In this document: positions 29,882 to 38,761 of the stretch, in pieces
How positions within the stretch are numbered: position 1 is the first letter of the stretch
How the letters are laid out: each line of letters opens with the position of its first letter
Assembly (NCBI GenBank): GCA_023402075.1
Contig: JAEXCS010000002.1
Span: 17,532 to 81,531, forward strand
DNA length: 64,000 nucleotides
Direction of reading: 5' to 3'
DNA from: Bacillota bacterium
Lineage (GTDB): Bacteria > Bacillota > Clostridia > Oscillospirales > Oscillospiraceae
The notes under the pieces: model-generated
Database searches by the model: none
The model's input: the letters and a program-made list of their open reading frames with translations, nothing else
What the model was told of the DNA's origin: nothing
Program-made: the position numbers and the translations under genes

Positions 29882-29918
29882 TTTTTGTCCGCTTTTTTCA
29901 TTTTTCAGACACTATTAT
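29882..29918 (+). promoter_or_regulatory. Candidate ECF-sigma promoter of anti-sigma gene
   Basis: TTTTTGTCCGCTTTTT..TTTTTCAGACACTATTAT directly before AAGGAGG RBS. Confidence 0.6.
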
Positions 29919-29935
29919 AGCAAGGAGGTTTCAAT

Positions 29936-30865
29936 ATGCCTGACCTCGATGGTAAGAAAAGCGATTCATACCAATTCCTCGAACAGATGAGTACCGAGAA
30001 ATTGAAGAGTATTGTCCGTGCCGATTTTGAGTCTGGAGATTCCGACGACGCGGCCAATGACGAATTTATCACCCGCGTGATGGAGGTGATTGCACAACGG
30101 GAAGAGGAAGACCCCACTGCGCCGCATTTTGATGTGGAGGCGGGATGGAAAGACTTCCAAGAGAATTATTGCCCCACGGATGGAAAGACGATTGATGTAT
30201 ATGGCGATAATAAGCAAAATAAACTTGTCCACGAAAGCAGCAAAAACGAGGAACAGGCAGATTTGAAAGCTCCCCAGCCCAAACGGGCGGGTCATAGATT
30301 CCTGCGGATTATTACCATCGCTGCCGCTGTTGTATGTCTGTGCGCGGTGGCTGCAAACGCATTTGAGATCAATATTTTTAAAATGTTTGCACAGTGGACG
30401 CAGGAGATTTTCCAATTCCATACCGAAGAAATTTCGTCGCAGGGAGCGGAGTATACCTCCGGCACCGTGCTGGATTCAAGCCAGACGTTGGAAGACGCAT
30501 TGAAGAAGGCGGGCATCACCCAGCCCGTTTCGCCAAAGTGGATTCCAGAGGGATTTACCTTTGTAACAATGGATGCTTATCCTGACATCGGGGAGCCATT
30601 ATATACTGCTCTCTATGAAAATGAAACGACAGGCCATACGATTATTGTATCTGTAAATGTGCATCAAAAGCCACAAGCTTCTATACAGGAAAAGGACGAC
30701 AGTCAAATCACTGTACATACAGCAGGTGGGATAGATCATTACATTATGCAGAACGAGGGCGAATTGTCTGCTACATGGTTTGTGGATAATTTAGAGTGCA
30801 AAATTAGTGGTGATGTTACGGAAAGTGAAATGGAAACTATGATCACTTCTATTTATGGGGAGTAA
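29936..30865 (+). CDS. Membrane-anchored anti-sigma factor (DUF4367-like)
   Basis: One TM segment, PKWIPEGF, C-terminal W....C.ISG...E..TMI.SI; follows ECF sigma. Confidence 0.75.
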   Translation: MPDLDGKKSDSYQFLEQMSTEKLKSIVRADFESGDSDDAANDEFITRVMEVIAQREEEDPTAPHFDVEAGWKDFQENYCPTDGKTIDVYGDNKQNKLVHESSKNEEQADLKAPQPKRAGHRFLRIITIAAAVVCLCAVAANAFEINIFKMFAQWTQEIFQFHTEEISSQGAEYTSGTVLDSSQTLEDALKKAGITQPVSPKWIPEGFTFVTMDAYPDIGEPLYTALYENETTGHTIIVSVNVHQKPQASIQEKDDSQITVHTAGGIDHYIMQNEGELSATWFVDNLECKISGDVTESEMETMITSIYGE

Positions 30866-30871
30866 ATTGAA

Positions 30872-31297
30872 TTGAAAAAGGTTTTTTCAAAAAGTATGTC
30901 TCTGTTCCTGATTTTGCTCTTTACATTTAGTCTTTGCATCCCGGCAAGTGCCAGTGTTCCTATCCTTCGTTCCAGCAAATATTTAAGTTCATATGACGGC
31001 GTAGTCACCCGCGAAGGCGGCGGAACGATCAAAATTTCCTTTACCGTCATCGGCACCCGCGTGATTGATGAAATCGGCGCAAGTCAAATCGTTGTCCAGA
31101 AGCAAGTGAGAGGTGCTTGGATTTCGGTAAAGACATTTAATAATACTCGGAATCCTGAACTTTCTACAACGAATAACTATGCTTATGCGAACTACGTCCT
31201 GTACGACGGGGAGGCTGGAGTTAACTATCGCGCTGAAATCACAGTGTTTGGAAATACGGATTACCGAACAATTACAACCTCATCTCAGAGGGCTTAA
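30872..31297 (+). CDS. Small secreted protein
   Basis: Signal peptide ending IPASA; followed by hairpin/T-tract at ~31310-31348. Confidence 0.7.
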   Translation: MKKVFSKSMSLFLILLFTFSLCIPASASVPILRSSKYLSSYDGVVTREGGGTIKISFTVIGTRVIDEIGASQIVVQKQVRGAWISVKTFNNTRNPELSTTNNYAYANYVLYDGEAGVNYRAEITVFGNTDYRTITTSSQRA

Positions 31298-31432
31298 TTA
31301 TCTGGGAACAAGGCGCTCTGGCCGTTTGGCCTGAGCGTCTTTCTTTTTAAGTGCGTTTTTGCCGTATACCAACCGCAAGAGGACCTCCACAATTCGGATT
31401 TTCACAAAAAATCTAAACGTGTGGAGACCTTT

Positions 31433-31549
31433 ATGACAACTATAAACTTGCGGGACTATTACATAGAAGATCAGACTATCGAGGTTTCAGATGAAGTGGC
31501 CGAAGCTCTGCGTTCGGACAAACTGTGTGATCGAAGCATATGTAGGTGA
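31433..31549 (+). pseudogene. N-terminal remnant of an ICE-type sigma-like gene
   Basis: MTTINLRDYY..IEVSDEVAEAL then early stop at codon 39. Confidence 0.5.
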
Positions 31550-31735
31550 ACGCTCAATGGACAAGGCAGTATCATAAAAGCTTGTGGCTGATCTGTTAAT
31601 CGTTAATCGATATGACGCAATATCACCAGTTGAATACGCAAATTCTGCGCCGCAATAAGCAAAGAAGAAGCCGGTTTCGAGAGGGCTTTAAACCGGCTGC
31701 GGATGAAAACGCAAAATTCTAACTTTTTCAATGGG

Positions 31736-31770
31736 AAAGTCCGCTGAAATCAACGATTTCAGCGGACTTT
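31736..31770 (-). terminator. Hairpin immediately downstream of tRNA-Pro
   Basis: AAAGTCCGCTGAAATC-AAC-GATTTCAGCGGACTTT perfect inverted repeat. Confidence 0.75.
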
Positions 31771-31846
31771 TGGTCCGAGTGACAGGGTTCGAACCTGCGG
31801 CCTGATGGTCCCAAACCACCCGCGCTACCAACTGCGCTACACCCGG
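31771..31846 (-). tRNA. tRNA-Pro(TGG)
   Basis: Full cloverleaf: CCGGGTG acceptor, GCGC D-stem, GGTGG-TTTGGGA-CCATC anticodon arm, GGTTCGAAC T-loop, ACCA end. Confidence 0.96.
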
Positions 31847-32268
31847 ATATTTACTTTTTCGGTTTCCGAAAATTTCACTGTCTGTGGTCAAAGCTGTGGT
31901 CAAATGCAATTTGGGGGTACTTTTCGATGGGCGGTCAAATCCAGCAATCACCCGTGTTCCAAGGGCTTTGAGCGTTTCGGAAATACTCGGCTCGGATACC
32001 GGCACGGCACTCCCAAACCAGGCGCGATACCAGCTTCGCTATACCCGGATATCTGGTTTTTTTATTGTAGCATAAAACCTGCGCAAAGCAAAGGTTTTCT
32101 CTGTCTGCGGTTATTGCTGTGGTTAAAGGCAATTTCGAGAAGTTTTTCATCCGGCCGCCAAATCCCGCAATTACCCGTGTTCCAATGTCTTCCGGCGTTT
32201 CGGTTTTATTCGGCTCGGATATCGGCACGGCACTCCCAATCATCTGCGCTGTGGATGCACCATCCCCG
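31809..32268 (-). repeat. Tandem diverged repeat units (202 and 223 bp) containing tRNA-Pro 5' halves
   Basis: TCCCAA core at 31809, 32011, 32234; shared blocks CTGTCTG.GGT, ACCCGTGTTCCAA, CGGCTCGGATA.CGGCACGGCAC. Confidence 0.9.
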
Positions 32269-32412
32269 AATTTTAATCTTATCCCGGCGCACATGCGGCA
32301 GCCAGAAAAAACCTGCTATTACATATATAATTGTAGTTGCTCCGCTATTATACCAGCAACGCGGGTAAAATTCAAGAAAAATTACATTTACCAGCGCCCG
32401 CCAGCCTGTCTT

Positions 32413-33048
32413 TTAGCCAATTCTTTTAATCCTATCCAAATCCGCGCTGCACAGTGCCTCCAGATTGTCAAAAATCTTCTCAGGAGTCCAGTTCCACCAT
32501 TTTAGACGCAGCAAATAATCTATCAGCTCGTCTTCAAACCGCTTGCGCAGAATTTTACAGGGATTTCCTCCCGCAACGGTATAGGGCGGAACGTCTCTTG
32601 TGACCACGGAGTTTGCCGCAATAATTGCTCCGTCTCCAATGTGCACGCCGGGCATCACGGTGACATTCTGACCGATCCACACGTCGTTTCCCACCACAGT
32701 ATCTCCCTTAAAGGGCAGGTCTTCCAAGGCCGGGGTTGCCTTCTCCCAGCCGCCGCCCATAATATTGAAGGGATAGGTGGTAACACTGCACATACGATGG
32801 TTTGCACCGTTCATCACAAATTCAATTCCCTTGGCAATGGCGCAGAACCTTCCGATCATCAACCGATCACCCAAAAACTCATAGTGGTGGGTGACGTGGC
32901 TCTCAAACTGCTCCGGGCCGGTATTGTCGTCGTAGTAGGTATACTCCCCCACCAGAATATTGGGACGAGTAACCACATTTTTTATATAGCAAACGCTTTT
33001 GATGGCTTCGTTGGGATAAATCGCGTTGGGATTCGGTCCATATTGCAT
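32413..33048 (-). CDS. vat: Vat-family (streptogramin A) / CatB-like O-acetyltransferase
   Basis: YGPNPN.IYP, MNGANH, TTYPF, GDTVVGNDVWIG hexapeptide repeats, KWWNW. Confidence 0.85.
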   Translation of the reverse strand: MQYGPNPNAIYPNEAIKSVCYIKNVVTRPNILVGEYTYYDDNTGPEQFESHVTHHYEFLGDRLMIGRFCAIAKGIEFVMNGANHRMCSVTTYPFNIMGGGWEKATPALEDLPFKGDTVVGNDVWIGQNVTVMPGVHIGDGAIIAANSVVTRDVPPYTVAGGNPCKILRKRFEDELIDYLLRLKWWNWTPEKIFDNLEALCSADLDRIKRIG

Positions 33049-33259
33049 TTCAAACCACCACTTTCATTCATCTCTCCAACTTCCGTGCAGCACTCCCGTC
33101 CACCACACGAATAACTGTGCACATCATTTCTAATGTACACGTTTATTTTTCTTATGATAACACAAATACGGGCGCAGGTAAAGGCATGGCTTCCCTTTCG
33201 GGCCGCCATGCCTTTTTACCTTTATGGAGCGCATCATTTCCCGTTCCGTGCGGCGTTTC

Positions 33260-35767
33260 TTAAATAAACAGGTTTACATTGGACTCCTCCGCGTTGCCCA
33301 GATACGCACCCACGCCGCCAAGCTCCACGCCCTCAATCAGCTCCTCTTCCTTGATGCCCATGACATCCATGCTCATGGTGCAGGCCACGATTTTCACGCC
33401 CTGCCCCATGGCCTTACGAATCAACGTCTCCAAGGAGTCCACGTTTTTGTCGTTCATGATTTTTTTCATCATGGCCGTGCCCATCCCAGCCATATTCATC
33501 CGGGAAAGTTTCAGCTTTTCGCTGCCTCGGGGCAGCATCCCGCCAAACATGGATTCCATAAAGGTTTTTTTCACCGGCTGCTTCTCCGTCTTGCGCAGGG
33601 CGGTCAGCCCCCAGAAGGTGAAGAACATGGTCACGGGACGGCCCATGGCCGCCGCGCCGTTGGCAATGATGAAGCTTGCCAGCACCTTATCCAAGTCCCC
33701 GGAGAAAACGATGATGGTCTTCCCCTGCGGCGTGTCGATGACCTGCGTCCCTGTGCGAGTGGGGACAGTGGCCGCACTTGTCGGAGAAGTTCCAGTCGGC
33801 TCCGTCATACCTTTACGCACCAGCGCCACATACTCCGTCCCCCGCCGCTCGCTAACGATGAGCGTATTTCCTGTGCGGCGGCACCATGCCCCGATGTCCT
33901 TCACAAAGCCGGGGTCGGAGGCAGTGACCTCCAGCGTTTCCCCGTCCTGCATCTCCTTCATGGTTTCAAATACCTTCATGATGGGGCCGGGGCATTGCAG
34001 GCCGTTGCAGTCTAAGCGAATTGACTCTTGGGGCGTACCCGGAGCGGTGTTTCCCGCATCCTGTCCGCTGTCCAAAGCCGGCAGAGCTGACTGAGCAGGC
34101 TCTCCAAACTGCCGGTAGTGGGTGGACTGGTAAAACCGGGTTCCGGCAGGATAGAGCAGGACGTTTGTAAAGCCCTTTTGCATCAGCACCCGTGAAGCAT
34201 TATAGGACCGCACGCCGATGGCGCAGAACACCAGAACGGGCTTCGTTCGGTCCACCTCGTCCAGCCGGTCCCGCAGCTCCCCAAGCGGGATATGCAGGGC
34301 GCTTTCCAGAGGGAAGGCCATCCGCTCCGCGTCCTCCCGCACATCCAGCAAAACCGCGTCCGGCAGCGTTTCCACCGCGTCCCAGTCACAGAAGCGGATT
34401 TTGTCCGTCAGCACGTTTTCGGCTGTAAAGCCCAACATATTCACAGGGTCCTTGGCGGAGGAATAAGGCGGGGCATAGGCCAGCTCCAGCTCCGCAAGCT
34501 CCCGGACGCCGCCGCCCAGCCGCAGAGTTACCGCGATGGTATCGATTCGTTTGTCCACGCCATCGTAGCCCACAATCTGCGCGCCAAACAGCTTCTTTCC
34601 GTCCATGGAGAACAGCAGCTTCAAAAACATTGGCACTGCGCCGGGATAGTAGCCCGCGTGGGAGTTCTGGGTAATTACCGCCCGCTCATAGTCCCGGCCG
34701 GGAAGCATACCGCGCTGTGTAAGCGCTTTTTCATTCACACCGGTAGTCCCGGCGGTCAGGTCGAACACCTTAAAAATAGAGGTGCTCTGCGCACCCCGAT
34801 AAACCGAGCTGCCACCTGCGATGTTGTCCGCCGCGATGCGGCCCTGCTTGTTGGCGGGCCCAGCCAGCGGAGCCATGGCCCGCCCGCCAAACACCAGCTC
34901 ACCTACCTCCGCAATGTCGCCCACGGCGTAAATATTGGGGTCTGCCGTGCGCAGAAAATCGTCCACCACCACGCCACCGCGCTGGTTCAGCTCCAGCCCC
35001 GCAGCCTTGGCAAGCTCGTTGTTGGGCCGCACGCCGATGGACAGCACCACAAAGTCCACGGTGATTTCCCGCCCGCTTTTCAGGACAATGGTTACTTGCC
35101 TGCCGTCGTCCCGGAAGGAGTCCACTCCGTCGCCAAGGGACAGGTGCACGCCGTTTGCCTCGATGTTTTCGTGCAAAACCTGCGCCATCTCATAGTCCAT
35201 GGGGGCCATCACCTGATCCAGCATCTCCACAATGGTGGTGTCCAACCCTAAATGATGCAGGTTTTCCGCCACCTCCAGCCCGATGAAGCCCCCGCCGATG
35301 ACTGCGGCGGAGCGCGCGCCGCTTTCCCTGGCCATGGCCCGCAGCCGGTCTGTGTCCGGCACGGTCCAAAGCGTCCGGATGCGGGGCGAATCGATGCCGG
35401 GAATGGGCGGGCGGATGGGAGAGGAGCCGGTGGCCAGCACCAAATGGTCGTAAGGCTCCCGATAAACCTCGCCGGTGGAAAGGTTTTTAATTTCCACGGT
35501 CTTTTTCTCCCGGTCAATGGAAAGCGCCTCATTCTGCGTGCGCACATCCACCCGGAACCGCGCCCGCATCACCTCGGGCTTTTGCACCAGCAGCGCGTCC
35601 CGGGAGCGAATCACATCTCCTACGTAATAGGGCAGTCCGCAGTTGGCATAGGATATGTATTCTCCCCGCTCCAGCAAAACGATTTCGGCTTCCTCGTCCA
35701 GTCTGCGCAGCCGCGCCGCGCAGCTCGCCCCTCCGGCGACGCCGCCGATGATCACGACCTTTGACAT
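33260..35767 (-). CDS. CoA-disulfide/persulfide reductase-rhodanese-TusA-DsrE2 fusion
   Basis: GGVAGG, SYANCGLPY, GGGFIG, AYAPP; rhodanese FCAIGVR; TusA GLQCPGP; DsrE FFTFWG..ACTMSM; AGGAGG RBS. Confidence 0.9.
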   Translation of the reverse strand: MSKVVIIGGVAGGASCAARLRRLDEEAEIVLLERGEYISYANCGLPYYVGDVIRSRDALLVQKPEVMRARFRVDVRTQNEALSIDREKKTVEIKNLSTGEVYREPYDHLVLATGSSPIRPPIPGIDSPRIRTLWTVPDTDRLRAMARESGARSAAVIGGGFIGLEVAENLHHLGLDTTIVEMLDQVMAPMDYEMAQVLHENIEANGVHLSLGDGVDSFRDDGRQVTIVLKSGREITVDFVVLSIGVRPNNELAKAAGLELNQRGGVVVDDFLRTADPNIYAVGDIAEVGELVFGGRAMAPLAGPANKQGRIAADNIAGGSSVYRGAQSTSIFKVFDLTAGTTGVNEKALTQRGMLPGRDYERAVITQNSHAGYYPGAVPMFLKLLFSMDGKKLFGAQIVGYDGVDKRIDTIAVTLRLGGGVRELAELELAYAPPYSSAKDPVNMLGFTAENVLTDKIRFCDWDAVETLPDAVLLDVREDAERMAFPLESALHIPLGELRDRLDEVDRTKPVLVFCAIGVRSYNASRVLMQKGFTNVLLYPAGTRFYQSTHYRQFGEPAQSALPALDSGQDAGNTAPGTPQESIRLDCNGLQCPGPIMKVFETMKEMQDGETLEVTASDPGFVKDIGAWCRRTGNTLIVSERRGTEYVALVRKGMTEPTGTSPTSAATVPTRTGTQVIDTPQGKTIIVFSGDLDKVLASFIIANGAAAMGRPVTMFFTFWGLTALRKTEKQPVKKTFMESMFGGMLPRGSEKLKLSRMNMAGMGTAMMKKIMNDKNVDSLETLIRKAMGQGVKIVACTMSMDVMGIKEEELIEGVELGGVGAYLGNAEESNVNLFI

Positions 35768-35847
35768 GGCTTCTCCTCCTTGCAGTGCGCCCTCTCCGGG
35801 CGCACGTCTATTTTTTAACAGTATATGTCCGTGGCGCCGATTCTTCT

Positions 35848-35860
35848 GTGACGTTGTCAC
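35848..35860. promoter_or_regulatory. Candidate Crp/Fnr-family operator
   Basis: GTGAC-GTT-GTCAC palindrome between reductase and Crp/Fnr genes. Confidence 0.55.
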
Positions 35861-35980
35861 CATTGACGGCGGATGTTCACCCGGTTAAAAAATTGACAGG
35901 CGAAAAATAACGGGTATAATCATAGTAATATTGAAACAGGCGGCCTTTGTTAAGGCCGCCGTGACGGGAGGCGTTGGCGC

Positions 35981-36637
35981 ATGGAGCTGGAGGAATATTT
36001 TCCGGTTTGGAAGGATTTGACCGAGACGGAGCGGGCGCTGCTGGCGAGGGCAACGGTGCGGCGCTTTGCATCTAAGGGCACGCTTCTGCACGCCGGTGCC
36101 GCAGACTGCGTGGGGCTGATGATTGTGCGCTCCGGCCAGCTGCGGGCGTTTATTCTCTCCGACGAGGGGAAGGAAATCACTATTTACCGCCTGTTTGAGC
36201 GGGACATGTGCCTGTTTTCCGCCTCCTGCATCATGAAAAACATTCAGTTTGACATTGCTGTGGAGGCGGAGAAGGACGCGGAGCTGTGGGTCATTCCCTC
36301 GGACGTCTACAAGCGGCTTTCCGACAGCTCTCTTGCCGTTGCGAATTACACCAACGAGTTGATGGCCGCCCGGTTTTCCGAGGTGATGTGGCTGGTAGAG
36401 CAAATCATGTGGAAGAGCTTTGACAAGCGCCTTGCGGAATTTCTTCTGTCGGAAAGCACGCTGGACGGCGGCGACGTGCTGCGCATCACCCACGACAAAA
36501 TTGCCGCGCATCTTGGTACAGCCCGGGAGGTCGTCACCCGCATGCTGCGGTATTTCCAGTCAGAGGGTATGGTGTCCCTCTCGCGGGGCGCGGTAGAGCT
36601 GACGGATCGGGCGCGGCTTCAGGCTCTGGCGGGTTAA
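35981..36637 (+). CDS. Crp/Fnr family transcriptional regulator
   Basis: GKEITIYRL, ITHDKIAAHLGTAREVVTRML HTH; TTGACA-16-TATAAT at 35893-35920. Confidence 0.92.
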   Translation: MELEEYFPVWKDLTETERALLARATVRRFASKGTLLHAGAADCVGLMIVRSGQLRAFILSDEGKEITIYRLFERDMCLFSASCIMKNIQFDIAVEAEKDAELWVIPSDVYKRLSDSSLAVANYTNELMAARFSEVMWLVEQIMWKSFDKRLAEFLLSESTLDGGDVLRITHDKIAAHLGTAREVVTRMLRYFQSEGMVSLSRGAVELTDRARLQALAG

Positions 36638-36643
36638 ATCATC

Positions 36644-36691
36644 AAAAAAGTCCGTGGCGGGGAGCAAAAGCACTCCCTGCCACGGACTTTT
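36644..36691. terminator. Bidirectional terminator
   Basis: AAAAGTCCGTGGC..GCCACGGACTTTT between convergent genes. Confidence 0.75.
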
Positions 36692-36699
36692 AACAGCAT

Positions 36700-36990
36700 T
36701 TACTCGCCCAGATATTTCATAATCGCCTCGCCCATATAATGGGCGGTGCCGGTTCCATAGCTGTCCAGCGTCTCTGCAAAACGGTCGTCCGCGCCGTACA
36801 GCTGCCCCATATTCTTAAGCTTTTCCCGGTCGCAGCCGCCGTGGTACGCGGCCATGTGGGCCTGCCATTTCTCCACCAGCACCCGGGCTTCCGGGCAGCC
36901 GGGGTCATTTGCCGGAGCCAGATTCGCAAACGCCTGCGCCAGCTGGTCTGTTCCCGCTTGCTCGCCGCTGGCGCCGATATAGTCTGCCAT
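36700..36990 (-). CDS. TipAS-like domain protein
   Basis: P...EA..LV.KW, MGQLY..D.RF, G.A.Y..EAI pattern. Confidence 0.7.
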   Translation of the reverse strand: MADYIGASGEQAGTDQLAQAFANLAPANDPGCPEARVLVEKWQAHMAAYHGGCDREKLKNMGQLYGADDRFAETLDSYGTGTAHYMGEAIMKYLGE

Positions 36991-37002
36991 CGCGTGTCCT
37001 CC

Positions 37003-37776
37003 TCAGCTTCCGCACCCAGCGGAAATTTTGTTAAAAAGTGTCAGCAGCTCCTCCATAGAGGTCTGCTCCTTCTCCGCTCCCGCCCGGTCCAGCACCGCCT
37101 GTCCCCGGTCCATCATCAGCAGCCGGTCGCCGTATTCTACAGCATAGCGCAGGTTGTGCGTCACCATCATGGCGGTAAGCCGCTTCTCCCGCACGACTTT
37201 GTTTGTGAGAAGCATAATCACCTCGGCGGTTTTGGGGTCCAACGCCGCCGTGTGCTCGTCCAGAATCAAGAATCGCAGGGGCGTCATGGTGGCCATCAGC
37301 AGTGCCACCGCCTGCCGCTGCCCTCCGGAGAGGGACCCCATTTTCACATTCAGCTTATCTTCCAGCCCCAGGCCCAACCCTTCCAGCTCGGCACGGTACC
37401 AGTCCACACGCTTTTTGTTCACGCCCCGGCCAAAGCCGAAGGTCTTCCCCTTGTTGTCCGCAAGAGACAGGTTTTCCAGCATGGTCAGATTGGGGCACGT
37501 CCCCATGGACGGATTCTGATACACCCGGCCCATGGTGGCATAGCGCTGAAAGTCTTTCTTTCTGAGAATACTTTCGCCCCCCACCAGCACGTCTCCGCTC
37601 TCCACAGCGATGGACCCGCAGATAATGTTCAGCAAAGACGTTTTTCCGGAGCCGTTGCTGCCCACGATGGACACAAACTGCCCCTCCTCCACGGAGAGGG
37701 AGAATTTGTCGAACAGGCATTGCTCCATCACAGAGCCGGGGTTGTAGATTTTCGTAACTTCCCGCACCTCAAGCAT
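37003..37776 (-). CDS. ABC transporter ATPase (operon 1)
   Basis: GSNGSGKT, LSGGQRQ, LDEHTAALDP. Confidence 0.93.
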   Translation of the reverse strand: MLEVREVTKIYNPGSVMEQCLFDKFSLSVEEGQFVSIVGSNGSGKTSLLNIICGSIAVESGDVLVGGESILRKKDFQRYATMGRVYQNPSMGTCPNLTMLENLSLADNKGKTFGFGRGVNKKRVDWYRAELEGLGLGLEDKLNVKMGSLSGGQRQAVALLMATMTPLRFLILDEHTAALDPKTAEVIMLLTNKVVREKRLTAMMVTHNLRYAVEYGDRLLMMDRGQAVLDRAGAEKEQTSMEELLTLFNKISAGCGS

Positions 37777-38653
37777 GGATAATCTCCTCTCCCTTCCGGC
37801 CCGAAGCCACCAGCACCAGCAAAAACAGCACGGCGGTAATCAGCTTCATCATATTGGGGGGCAGACCAAGACTCAGCGCCATGGCAATGCACAGCTTATA
37901 GAGAACGCTGCCCACAATGACGGCAGTGGTTCCCTTTACAAAGCTGAGACGGCGAAACAGCGCCACGCCGATAATCACCGAGGCAAGGCCAAATACCACC
38001 TGCCCGGTGCCCATGGTGGCGGAAAAGCTGCGGGTTTCGTGGCACACCAGCGCACCGCCCAGCGCAACCAAAGCGTTTGACAGCACCAGCCCCTGAAGCT
38101 TCACATTGCCCTTGTCCTTGGCAAGAGAGGTGACGAGGGCCGCGTTGTCCCCCACCGCCCGGAGAAGCAAGCCTGCTTTGGTGGCAAAAAAACCGTCCAT
38201 CAGCAGCTTCACGGCAAGAACGACCACAAGCGCCACAATCAGCTTACGGTACGTCAGGCTCAGTCCCCCCAGCAGCGCCATGGTGGGTCCTGCGGTAAAA
38301 ATGGTATCCACGCTGCGCTCCACCGTCAGGTTAGAGCCTGCAATCTGCAAATTGATGGAAAACAGGGCCGTCATGGTGATGATGCCCGCCAAAAGGTCGC
38401 GGACATGGAGCTTCACATGAATGAAGCCGGTAAACAGCCCCGCCAGCGCCCCCACCGCAAGCGCCGCCAGCAGCGTCAGGTACGGGTCAAAGCCTCGGGT
38501 CAGCAGCACGGCGGTGACTGCCGCCCCCAAAGGAAAGCTTCCGTCCACGCTCAGATCTGGGAAGTCCAGAATGGAATAGGTGATGTACACGCCGAATGAA
38601 ATCAGCGCGTAAATCAGCCCTTGTATCAGGGTGCCCACAATCAGATCTGTCAT
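37769..38653 (-). CDS. ABC transporter permease (operon 1)
   Basis: DFPDLSVDGSF, multiple TM segments. Confidence 0.92.
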   Translation of the reverse strand: MTDLIVGTLIQGLIYALISFGVYITYSILDFPDLSVDGSFPLGAAVTAVLLTRGFDPYLTLLAALAVGALAGLFTGFIHVKLHVRDLLAGIITMTALFSINLQIAGSNLTVERSVDTIFTAGPTMALLGGLSLTYRKLIVALVVVLAVKLLMDGFFATKAGLLLRAVGDNAALVTSLAKDKGNVKLQGLVLSNALVALGGALVCHETRSFSATMGTGQVVFGLASVIIGVALFRRLSFVKGTTAVIVGSVLYKLCIAMALSLGLPPNMMKLITAVLFLLVLVASGRKGEEIIHA

Positions 38654-38761
38654 GCACGGCCCCTCCTTTTCAAGCATTTTTATGTTGGGGATAAAACGCG
38701 CCGCGCGGTACTCCGCCGCTCTCGCGGCGAAGTACCGGCGCAGGGCTTTGCAAATTTAAAA

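Noticed and set aside
32011..32046. Second complete tRNA-Pro
   Set aside because: Homology stops at the anticodon loop; no T arm or acceptor 3' strand
31809..32268. CRISPR array, tRNA intron or split tRNA interpretation of the repeats
   Set aside because: Inter-core segments are homologous rather than unique spacers, no cas genes, no group I core, and no separate matching 3' half
31688..32505. ORFs predicted across the tRNA and repeat region
   Set aside because: Overlap a tRNA and non-coding repeats; no RBS or protein motifs
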